A DNA stretch of 64,000 nt from NCBI GenBank assembly GCA_051884875.1, contig JBJEWD010000007.1, forward strand, positions 9,538-73,537, read 5' to 3'. Below, one piece after another: positions 1-8,072 of the stretch; the stretch's first letter is position 1, and each line of letters begins with the position of its first letter. The notes under the pieces are model-generated. The model saw only the letters and a program-made list of their open reading frames with translations. It had not been told where the DNA came from and searched no databases. A program made the position numbers and the translations under genes. This stretch comes from Kiritimatiellia bacterium. Lineage in GTDB: Bacteria > Verrucomicrobiota > Kiritimatiellia > RFP12 > UBA1067.

Positions 1-792
1 CAGCTCGAACGGCACGATGGCCTCGTGCTGACCCTCGAACAGCTCGCCCGTCTTGGTGTCGCGGACGCGCCCGGCGGGCCACGCCATATTGAGGAGCGTG
101 CGCACGTGCATGACATTCCACCGGGCGTCGTCGTGATGATTCCCGAACCGAGCGTTCAGCTCACGCGCCGTCTCAAGGTAGGATCGGTTGATCGCATACC
201 GTTGGAAGGCGAAGAGAACCTTCGGCGCGTTCTCGGGATCCCTCACGAGCTTCGAGTCCACGCTGCGATAGCCGTAGGGTACGACACCGCCCGTCCACAT
301 TCCTTTCTTACGGCTCGCCGCCATCTTGTCCTTCACGCGGTCGGACGTGATCTCGCGCTCGAACTGGGCGAAGCTCATGAGGAGGTTGACGATCATCCGT
401 CCCATCGAGGTCGAGGTGTCGATCTGCTGGGTGACGGACACCATGCTGGCTCCGTGGCGGGAGAAGATGCCGTCCAGCTCGGTGAAGTCCCGAAGGGAAC
501 GGCTGATGCGGTCGAGCTTGTAGACGACCACCACGTCCACATCGCCGTTGTTCACGTCTCGCAGCAGCTCCTGGAGGCCGGGGCGGTTCGTGTTGCCGCC
601 GGAGTAGCCGCCGTCGTCATAGTGCTTGTCGATGATCGTCCAGCCCTTGCTGGCCTGACTGCGGATGTAGGCCGCGCAGGCGTCGAACTGCGCCTCCAGC
701 GAGTTGTAGTCCTTGTCGAGACCCTCGTCGGTGGACTTGCGCGTGTAGATCGCACACCGCTTGTTCGTAGGTGTCGTGTTTTCGTCGCTCAT
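1..792 (-). CDS. large serine recombinase, N-terminal portion (gene runs off the left edge of the window)
   Basis: My own translation of the minus strand from the ATG at 792-790 gives MSDENTTPTNKRCAIYTRKSTDEGLDKDYNSLEAQ..GGYSGGNTNRPGLQELL..VVVYKLDRISRSLRDF..QQIDTSTSMGRMIVNLLMSFAQFEREITSDRVKDKMAASRKKGMWTGGVVPYGY. These are resolvase catalytic-domain hallmarks (YTRxS nucleophile region, DRxSR, E-helix) followed by the start of the recombinase domain. The ORF is absent from the track because it has no stop inside the window. Its ATG overlaps the upstream stop as ATGA. Confidence 0.85.
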   Translation of the reverse strand, partial: MSDENTTPTNKRCAIYTRKSTDEGLDKDYNSLEAQFDACAAYIRSQASKGWTIIDKHYDDGGYSGGNTNRPGLQELLRDVNNGDVDVVVVYKLDRISRSLRDFTELDGIFSRHGASMVSVTQQIDTSTSMGRMIVNLLMSFAQFEREITSDRVKDKMAASRKKGMWTGGVVPYGYRSVDSKLVRDPENAPKVLFAFQRYAINRSYLETARELNARFGNHHDDARWNVMHVRTLLNMAWPAGRVRDTKTGELFEGQHEAIVPFEL

Positions 793-1220
793 TTCTTTAT
801 CCCGAAAAATGCCGGACCGTTCCAGTGGGTTCCCGTGATCGCCTTCGCGACCGCCGTGAGGGACTTGTACTTCTTGCCCTCGTATTCGACCGTGGTGTCA
901 TCCACCACGAAGACCTCGTAATCCTTGCCTTTCCAATTGCGGACGATCTTCTTCCGCGAGGAGTGAAGGTCGTCTGCCGGGGCGTGAAGGAGCTTGTCGC
1001 CCTCGACCGCTTTCTCCAGCAGCCGCTCCGTCTCCTTCGAGATGTGGAGGCCGTAGTATTTCTCCTGAATACGGTAGATAACCACCGCCCGGAGAATCTC
1101 GATGCGGTCGCAGTTCTCGCACCCTTGGAGGTATTGTCCGTACTGAGCGCGGATGCCCTCAATCGGCAACCACTGCAAGGTGCTGATCGCCGAACGCTCC
1201 TGTGTCGTCAAATCAATCAT
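789..1220 (-). CDS. DUF2924-family protein (typical partner of large serine recombinases)
   Basis: This is a 143-aa ORF. Its C-terminal block YKSLTAVAKAITGTHWNGPAFFGIKK matches the conserved DUF2924 ending (..AITGT.WNG..FFG.) as I remember it. It is translationally coupled to the recombinase through an ATGA overlap at 789-792. Confidence 0.75.
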   Translation of the reverse strand: MIDLTTQERSAISTLQWLPIEGIRAQYGQYLQGCENCDRIEILRAVVIYRIQEKYYGLHISKETERLLEKAVEGDKLLHAPADDLHSSRKKIVRNWKGKDYEVFVVDDTTVEYEGKKYKSLTAVAKAITGTHWNGPAFFGIKK

Positions 1221-1235
1221 GGCTGCGATCCTTCC

Positions 1236-1385
1236 TTACCGAACCCCCTCGATCTTCTCGCTCTCCAGCACCTGGGAGCGTTCCTCTTTCAGCCGCCGCA
1301 GAAAGCGACGGACGACATCAACCGCTTCTTGAATGTGCGCGGGCGGTTGCTCCGCGCCTTTTGTCGTTTGTTTTTCATTCATCAT
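1236..1385 (-). CDS. small hypothetical protein (49 aa), first gene of the recombinase module
   Basis: My own translation is MMNEKQTTKGAEQPPAHIQEAVDVVRRFLRRLKEERSQVLESEKIEGVR*. It ends 15 nt before the DUF2924 start on the same strand. It is too short for the ORF track and no family was recognised. Confidence 0.3.
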   Translation of the reverse strand: MMNEKQTTKGAEQPPAHIQEAVDVVRRFLRRLKEERSQVLESEKIEGVR

Positions 1386-1810
1386 AAGTCTCTCCGCCAG
1401 GTCAGTGTATACGCTCAGTATACTACCGTAAATAGCTTGTCCATAGTTCGTTATTCTGCACCATAGTTATTCACGGCAAGCACCCCCGAACCGAGAGATT
1501 ATTTTTCAAGCCTTCGCGTGATAGTCACGACAAATGACGAACGCCCGTTCTTTCAACCGCCAAACGGACGAGCAAGGCTGCGCGTACCGTAGCGGAAGCA
1601 ATGTCTCGTCAACATTTCACCCGAAAACGCACCGCACCCAATAGAATAAGGGTCTCTCTATTCTCTCTCCATTTAGAGCAGAGAATTGGAGAGAGAGCCA
1701 CTCTTCACCTTAAATCACAAACGCCCCAACCCACGCGCCCCTCGAAACAGAGAGCCGCCCCAATCGAAACTATACGAAAAAAGCCCAAACAATTGGGCAA
1801 CATCGCGATA

Positions 1811-1836
1811 ACAAAAAGAGCCGGTCACCCGGCTCT
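1811..1836 (-). terminator. intrinsic terminator of tRNA-Ser
   Basis: There is a perfect 8-bp stem, agagccgg/ccggctct, with loop tcac. On the minus strand it is followed by CTTTTTGT. It starts about 20 nt after the tRNA 3' end. Confidence 0.7.
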
Positions 1837-1856
1837 CTCTATTTCACGAAAATTTG

Positions 1857-1944
1857 TGGCGGAGGGAGAGGGATTCGAACCCCCGGACCCTTGCGGGTCA
1901 ACGGTTTTCAAGACCGCCGCGATCGACCGCTCCGCCATCCCTCC
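1857..1944 (-). tRNA. tRNA-Ser (anticodon UGA), CCA encoded
   Basis: The reverse complement is GGAGGGATGGCGGAGCGGTCGATCGCGGCGGTCTTGAAAACCGTTGACCCGCAAGGGTCCGGGGGTTCGAATCCCTCTCCCTCCGCCA. It has a 7-bp acceptor stem (GGAGGGA/TCCCTCC), anticodon loop CTTGAAA, a long variable arm (GACCC-GCAA-GGGTC) and a T-arm GGGGG-TTCGAAT-CCCTC. Confidence 0.95.
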
Positions 1945-1959
1945 GTACTAAACGGGGGA

Positions 1960-1968
1960 ATTATACCA
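1960..1968 (-). promoter_or_regulatory. extended -10 promoter (TGGTATAAT) for tRNA-Ser
   Basis: The minus strand reads ..AAATATGGTATAATTCCCCCGTTTAGTA followed by the tRNA 5' end, so the box lies 15 nt upstream of the mature 5' end. The same 9-mer recurs at 8046-8054 and 58669-58677. Confidence 0.45.
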
Positions 1969-2028
1969 TATTTGCCGACGCGGAAACCGCCGATTTTGCC
2001 GCAGCACCAACCGATGCAGCTTATCATG

Positions 2029-2116
2029 TCGGAAGCTTTGGTGCGCAGCAAAGGTACAAATGGTGCGCAGCATCGGAAGTTTTGGTGCGCAACAGAAGTA
2101 CAAATGGTGCGCAGCA
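2029..2116. repeat. tandem 44-bp repeat x2 (four 22-bp subunits), each subunit carrying a TGGTGCGCA core
   Basis: The TGCGCA cores start at 2042, 2064, 2086 and 2108, an exact 22-bp phasing. The 44-mers 2029-2072 and 2073-2116 are 40/44 identical. Confidence 0.85.
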
Positions 2117-2203
2117 TTTTCCTTTCGCGGCTAATCTGCTCCGACGACAGGAGGAGTACACGAGGACGAAAACCGGCGCGACGGGATCGACCCGCGCCCA
2201 TGC

Positions 2204-2223
2204 GGAAAATTCTGCAATTTTCC
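2204..2223. promoter_or_regulatory. perfect 20-bp palindrome GGAAAATT-CTGC-AATTTTCC (candidate operator or activator site)
   Basis: It has 8-bp perfect arms and a 4-nt spacer, and it is AT-rich in a GC-rich genome. It ends 2 nt before a perfect TTGACA -35 hexamer. Confidence 0.45.
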
Positions 2224-2225
2224 GG

Positions 2226-2254
2226 TTGACAAAAAGGAACAAGTTTGGCATTCT
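2226..2254 (+). promoter_or_regulatory. candidate sigma70-type promoter of the 1,436-aa protein gene
   Basis: TTGACA (2226-2231) is followed by a 17-nt spacer ending in TGG and then CATTCT (2249-2254). The -10 is weak. This would give a 5' UTR of about 70 nt. Confidence 0.35.
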
Positions 2255-2331
2255 TTCATTGTGTTTGAATCGGCCTTGTGCCGTTGACGGCAAGGGGAGG
2301 CCTCAAAACCAAACAGAAAGCGAGCACGACC

Positions 2332-5300
2332 ATGAAACGTACCATGAAAATGGCAACCGTATTGGCAGCCCTCTGGGGCTTGGCGGCATGGGCCGCCGAA
2401 CCAGTGGCGGTGTGGGATCGAGAATTCTCGTCCGACACTTTGAACGGTGTCTACGGCCTTAAGCTCAATGGCAACGAAATTGTCGATGGCGCTGTCAGAA
2501 TCACCGGCGAGAGCGGGGGCATGACCATCACCAATTGCAATTTGTCTACCGCCATGGTGCTGGTGCGCTACACCAACCTCGTCTGGAGTTCAACCTCCCT
2601 CAAGGTTCCCATCATCACCCACAAGGCGACAAATAACTCCAATTACAACCTCGTCGGCATTGCGCTCGATTCCAGTGGCGCCACTTATGGCGTCTGGACA
2701 GGAGCCGCATGGGGCAACGCCGGCAGTGCATTTACCGCCCGACCGGATGATGCGGAAGCACAGGCAACCTACGACAACACCGAGCGCTTTTACGCCGCCT
2801 GCTTCGAGTCGGTCAAAACCAGCGGCGATTGCGGCACCAAATGCTTTTTCCGCGACGGATTCGCCACCGCAAGCCAGGTTTACTACGCCAGCGGCTTGCG
2901 TAGCTCTGGCACTGGCAACGCCATTACCGACATCACCATTGGCGGACTTTACGGCGATACCACCTCCGATACGCTCGATCGCGCGGCAACCGGCATGTGC
3001 ATCACCGGCATCGCCATCTTCGACACTTGGCTGACCGCCGACGAAGTAACCGCCTACCGCTTCCCGTCCGAAATCAACACCTACACGACGCAAACCCCCG
3101 TGAACGGAACGGTTGATTGGTCGACTATCGACTTCGACCACAGCTGGACTTCCTCCGGAACCGCCATCGCCAACATCGTGCTGGACGGCGATGCCGTCAT
3201 TACGCTGCCGGCGGACTTCACGGCCTACAGGATAGCGTTCACCGGCGAATACGACGTAACGCTGAAATCGGCCGGCGCGCAGTGGTCGCAGCAGATCATG
3301 GCTCTCGAAAGCGTAGGCCAAGTGGTTTGCGAAATACCCCAGAGCGCCAGCGAAAATCTGACCATCCCCGCCGGGAGAACTTTCCGCATCGTGGGAGCTG
3401 CCGACGAATCCGCCACTAACATCTATTCGCAGGTATTCACCGTCAACGGCGTTTTGCAGACCTCGGGAACCGTGAAGCTGAGCGGGGCGAACGTCATCAG
3501 CGGCGCCGATGCCAAACTGCAGGTGACCGACGGCACGACCCTGTTCGCGAGCGCCGACAGGGGTCTGAGCAATTCCGGACAAATCGTGATCGACAAGGGC
3601 GCGACGCTGGTGGCGCTGACGACCGATACGGGCCACTACAACTCTTCCGGCTGGAAAGTAGCCGTCTCAGGCACGCTTGACATGGCCAACAAACGCTGGA
3701 CCATCATGGGCACGAACACTTCGCTCGATTTGTACGGCGGCGCCATCGTCAAGGGCGCGGGCGACGCGAACGGGGCAATCGATCTGCACAGCAAGATCAA
3801 TCTCTACGCCGATGCCGCAAACGAGGCGAAATCCGCCGACATCGACGCGCCGATCAAATGGTCGGACGCCTCCGCGGTCATCTGGGTCGCGCAGGGCATG
3901 ACCTTGAACCTCAACACCTCCCCCACGGCAGGCGTGCAGAAATTCACCAAGCAAGGCTTGGGCAAGCTGTGCGTGAAGGCCAACCAGAACATCACCGGCG
4001 CGGTGGAGATTTCCGCCGGCACGCTGGAACTTGCCGGCGGCAATCTCGTTACCGGGGCGGGAACGATCACGCTCGCCACAGACACGACGCTGGCGATTTC
4101 GTCCGGCGACTACGACCTGACCTCGAAATACACCGTCAACGGTTCGCTCGCGGTGACGGGCGGCTCGGCGACGGTCGATGCAAGAGCTGCCTATCCGATC
4201 AGCGTCACCTCCCCTGGCGTGCTCAAGGCGGTGGTTACAGACGAACAATGGGCAAGCGGCACCACGCTGCCGGAGAATTTCACCGTTGACGGCGACGTCA
4301 TCTTCGTGCACGACAGCGTCGAGGTTACCGGGAGCGGCACCACGCTCGCCGCGCAGGGCATAACGTGGACCGGCGGGACGCAAGGCAACTGGAGCGACAG
4401 CGCCAACTGGTCCGGCGGCAAAGTGCCGACAGCGGCCGATGTGGCCATTCTCGCCACCGCGGATGCCGTCATTACGCTCGCGGAGGACGATGTCGCGGCC
4501 GGAATCACCATAAGCGCGAACACCACCATCGCCGGGACGATCGGCTCGGACGGAATCGGCTCGGTTACGATCAAGAACGGCGCGACCCTGACGGTTGCCG
4601 CCACAGGTGCGCTCGCGGGCGTCGCAAGCGACGGGGAGAGCGCCGGCACGCTGGTGAAAACCGGCGACGGGGAACTGGCGGTCTCGGCCAATGCCGACGG
4701 CTACGCTTTCGACAATGTCGCCGTCGATATCCAGGCCGGAACGATCGACAATACCGAAGGAAGATACAGGAACGTTTCGATTGCCGTCGCCGCCGGCACG
4801 ACCATCAAACGCAACGGCTGGATCACCGGCGAGGGTTCGCTGACTCTCAGTTGCGACGAGGAGGTAAGCGTGTTTGCCAATACGGGCAGCGAGAACAATC
4901 TCGTCCTTACCGGCTTCGATTCGATAACCAAACAAGGCGAAGGCACGATGATCGCGCTTTGCTCCGTGCAGGGCAACACAGCCGTCACCATCGCCGCCGG
5001 AACGCTCAAGTTCGTGGCGGAGGTCAACGGCTTCAGCAGCGCGGTTACCTTCGCCGGAGACGGCAAGTTGGAGCTTTCCGCCGCCACCGAAATACCCGCC
5101 GCGAGCGTTTCGGGCCTCGATGCGGCAAACTGGCCGACGACGGGCGTGCTCAACTGCGGAACGACGGTGCCGACCGATTCGACCGTGCTGGCCAAGTTCG
5201 CCGATTCCACAATCTGGCAGGGGACGGTCGTATTCGAGAACAAAACCGATTTCAGCAATTTCAACCCCAACGGCTACGGCAACGCGTCCTCGACCGTCCG

Positions 5301-6642
5301 GCTCAAAGGCTGCGCCGGCTATTTCGCCGCGGCGAAAACCGAGCCGTATTTGACGATTCAGCCGACGGTCGAGCTTGTCAACGGCTCGAACAGCGCCGGC
5401 TTCAAAGTTACCAACGGCACCTCCGGCGACCGCATCCAGTTCAATCGCCTCACGGGCAGCGGGGTTTATTGGATGGCGAAACCCAACGGCGCCCCGACCC
5501 ACCGCCATTTCTTCCCGGGGCTTGCCGATTTCCGCGGAAGCTTCAAGATGGATACGGCCGGCAATCGCGGAACCCTGGTTCTCGGCCACGAGATGGACGA
5601 CTATACCGCCACGGAACACGACGGCACGATTATCGTCGACGGCATGGCGACCAACCACGTTTCGATCGTCAATTCAATCGGCGCAATCAAGGTAATGTCC
5701 GGCGCGGAACTCGTCCTGGCCGGCAGTTCCGCCGAACTCTCGGCGCCGATCGTCGGCGAAGGAGTGGTTTCGGCGTCGAACTTCCTGCCGTCCCAGGCGG
5801 TGCGCACGGCAATGACCAACACCGCCACCACGGTTGCCTTCCACCTCAAAAACTACACATGGAACGATTGGCAGTTCGAACAGCTATCCAACCCCAACTC
5901 GTTGCTGCGCCTGACCGGCATTGCCGGATACGGGCCGAACAACCGCACCGGCCGGTGCGATGCGACCGTGGAACTCGTCGACGAGGGCGACACCAAAGCG
6001 CTCAAGCAGACGAACGGCTACTCGTCGGGGCCGGCGACGTACACCTTCCGCAAGATCGTCGGCACGGGCACGCTTACCGCGGCGCTCACCACGCAGAAAC
6101 CGCAGATTCGCATCGAGGACGCCAGCGAATTCGCCGGCACTTTCGCGATCGGCAACACGCTGCGCCTGGCCATCGGCGGGCGCAACGAAGCCGGGGATGA
6201 TGGGGACGTGGAAGATGCCGCCAACGGACAGATCTGCGTTTTCGCCGGAGCGGTGGCGGGAGTGGCCAAGCCCTGGTCGGCGGGGAGCGGCCTTTTGGTC
6301 AAGGGAACGCTCAGGGTGATTGCGGCAACGGACGACTTCGCGATCAACACGACCTTCGAAGATGGCGCGGGATTGGACTTCGCCGCGCTCGAAACGCTCT
6401 CGTTCACCGGCACGCTGACCGTGCCGGAGGGCACGACCATCGGCGTGACGATCGACGAGGCGGCCGAATATCCGCAAACCAAAGAGGTCGTGCGTCTGCC
6501 GCTGGTGCGCTGGACGACCGCCCCGGTCGGCAATTTTGCGCTTGCCGACAGCGTGACGCTGCCGAAGCCGTGGATATTCAAGTCCCTTTCGAACGGTTGC
6601 GATCTGCGCAAATGCATCGGCACGGTGGTAATCGTGCGGTGA
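2332..6642 (+). CDS. large secreted protein: N-terminal LamG/concanavalin-like domain plus autotransporter-associated beta-strand (PATR-type) repeats
   Basis: The track ORF is 2278-6642. I place the start at the ATG at 2332 (MKRTMKMATVLAALWGLAAWAAEP), which gives a Sec signal peptide. There are repeated G(T/A)L.L.G.N...G..T(I/V) blocks and a GGTQGNWSDSANWSGGKVPTAADVAIL-type motif. The N-terminal block ..ITDITIGGLYGD..CITGIAIFDTWLTADEVTAY looks LamG-like. Confidence 0.8.
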   Translation: MKRTMKMATVLAALWGLAAWAAEPVAVWDREFSSDTLNGVYGLKLNGNEIVDGAVRITGESGGMTITNCNLSTAMVLVRYTNLVWSSTSLKVPIITHKATNNSNYNLVGIALDSSGATYGVWTGAAWGNAGSAFTARPDDAEAQATYDNTERFYAACFESVKTSGDCGTKCFFRDGFATASQVYYASGLRSSGTGNAITDITIGGLYGDTTSDTLDRAATGMCITGIAIFDTWLTADEVTAYRFPSEINTYTTQTPVNGTVDWSTIDFDHSWTSSGTAIANIVLDGDAVITLPADFTAYRIAFTGEYDVTLKSAGAQWSQQIMALESVGQVVCEIPQSASENLTIPAGRTFRIVGAADESATNIYSQVFTVNGVLQTSGTVKLSGANVISGADAKLQVTDGTTLFASADRGLSNSGQIVIDKGATLVALTTDTGHYNSSGWKVAVSGTLDMANKRWTIMGTNTSLDLYGGAIVKGAGDANGAIDLHSKINLYADAANEAKSADIDAPIKWSDASAVIWVAQGMTLNLNTSPTAGVQKFTKQGLGKLCVKANQNITGAVEISAGTLELAGGNLVTGAGTITLATDTTLAISSGDYDLTSKYTVNGSLAVTGGSATVDARAAYPISVTSPGVLKAVVTDEQWASGTTLPENFTVDGDVIFVHDSVEVTGSGTTLAAQGITWTGGTQGNWSDSANWSGGKVPTAADVAILATADAVITLAEDDVAAGITISANTTIAGTIGSDGIGSVTIKNGATLTVAATGALAGVASDGESAGTLVKTGDGELAVSANADGYAFDNVAVDIQAGTIDNTEGRYRNVSIAVAAGTTIKRNGWITGEGSLTLSCDEEVSVFANTGSENNLVLTGFDSITKQGEGTMIALCSVQGNTAVTIAAGTLKFVAEVNGFSSAVTFAGDGKLELSAATEIPAASVSGLDAANWPTTGVLNCGTTVPTDSTVLAKFADSTIWQGTVVFENKTDFSNFNPNGYGNASSTVRLKGCAGYFAAAKTEPYLTIQPTVELVNGSNSAGFKVTNGTSGDRIQFNRLTGSGVYWMAKPNGAPTHRHFFPGLADFRGSFKMDTAGNRGTLVLGHEMDDYTATEHDGTIIVDGMATNHVSIVNSIGAIKVMSGAELVLAGSSAELSAPIVGEGVVSASNFLPSQAVRTAMTNTATTVAFHLKNYTWNDWQFEQLSNPNSLLRLTGIAGYGPNNRTGRCDATVELVDEGDTKALKQTNGYSSGPATYTFRKIVGTGTLTAALTTQKPQIRIEDASEFAGTFAIGNTLRLAIGGRNEAGDDGDVEDAANGQICVFAGAVAGVAKPWSAGSGLLVKGTLRVIAATDDFAINTTFEDGAGLDFAALETLSFTGTLTVPEGTTIGVTIDEAAEYPQTKEVVRLPLVRWTTAPVGNFALADSVTLPKPWIFKSLSNGCDLRKCIGTVVIVR

Positions 6643-6660
6643 CGGAATCGCGCCGGTTCC

Positions 6661-6687
6661 GTGTCCGCGGCATCTCGCCGCGGACAC
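6661..6687 (+). terminator. hairpin downstream of the 1,436-aa gene
   Basis: There is a perfect 10-bp stem, gtgtccgcgg/ccgcggacac, with a 7-nt loop, 19 nt after the stop. It has no clear U tract. Confidence 0.4.
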
Positions 6688-6722
6688 GTTCGGCAAGGCA
6701 GAATCCGCTTCGGGAAAAGGAG

Positions 6723-6749
6723 ACGCGCGGCCGGATAACGGCCGCGCGT
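6723..6749 (-). terminator. hairpin downstream of recA
   Basis: There is a perfect 11-bp stem, acgcgcggccg/cggccgcgcgt, with loop gataa. On the minus strand it is followed by CTCCTTTTCCC. It lies about 70 nt after the recA stop. Confidence 0.55.
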
Positions 6750-6819
6750 TAATACGCCGACGACAAAGTGCCGCGTCCGCCGCGACGGTTGACGCGTCGA
6801 CGGCAGGAGGGAAGTCGGT

Positions 6820-7860
<1,041 letters not shown>

Positions 7861-8045
7861 ATCTTTACGTTCTTTCCTTAAACCCGTTCCGCAGGATTCC
7901 ACCGCCTACCCTTCCCGCACGGAGGGATTCCCGCAAACATACGCCCGGAACCACTTCGGCAGGGTTGACCTTCCGGACCCGTTCGACCCGGCGGGCGTCA
8001 TGTCATCGCCGACACGATGCCGAGCCTGCTGTTTCGTCGCCCTGC

Positions 8046-8054
8046 ATTATACCA
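8046..8054 (-). promoter_or_regulatory. extended -10 promoter (TGGTATAAT) upstream of recA
   Basis: The minus strand reads TTTTGGTATAATGCAGG immediately after the uvrA stop. This implies a recA 5' UTR of about 180 nt. Confidence 0.4.
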
Positions 8055-8072
8055 AAATACGCGCGTGCGTGA

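Larger units (their letters stand above)
1..1700 (-). mobile_element. right-hand end of a putative integrated element (serine recombinase + DUF2924 + small ORF) abutting tRNA-Ser
   Basis: A recombinase module is followed by a locally AT-richer non-coding stretch (about 1390-1850) with CT/GA-rich palindromes at 1641-1700, then the tRNA-Ser terminator and gene. The element body would lie left of the window. The boundaries are not demonstrable from this window. Confidence 0.45.

Noticed and set aside
25-921. A 298-aa plus-strand ORF at the left edge
   Set aside because: It is antisense to the serine recombinase/DUF2924 genes. Their translations carry clear family motifs, and this ORF has none.
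2029-2116. The tandem arrays (here and at 47906-47999) considered as CRISPR arrays
   Set aside because: The units are directly abutting 22-23-bp repeats with no unique spacers. There are only four copies and no cas genes in the window.
1601-2462. Small ORFs overlapping tRNA-Ser and the repeat array (1601-1951, 1854-2462, 1891-2229 and others)
   Set aside because: They run through a tRNA gene, its terminator and the tandem repeats. They show no coding bias. The region is better explained as tRNA plus regulatory DNA.
3667-6200. ORFs 3667-5658 (minus strand, 663 aa) and 4365-6200 (plus strand, 611 aa) inside the 1,436-aa gene
   Set aside because: These are alternative or antisense frames of a gene with a signal peptide and repeated PATR-like motifs. 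Their products are extremely Arg-rich (RRRxRR runs) with no structure.
7861-8045. A search for an SOS/LexA operator upstream of recA (and of uvrA at 10947-11066)
   Set aside because: No CTGT-N8-ACAG, GAAC-N4-GTTC or TGTTC-N4-GAACA-type box was found by eye. Only weak inverted repeats were seen (ATGTC-N6-GACAC near 8000-8016, and ATTTCC-N7-GGAAAT at about 10964-10982). That is not enough to call an operator.
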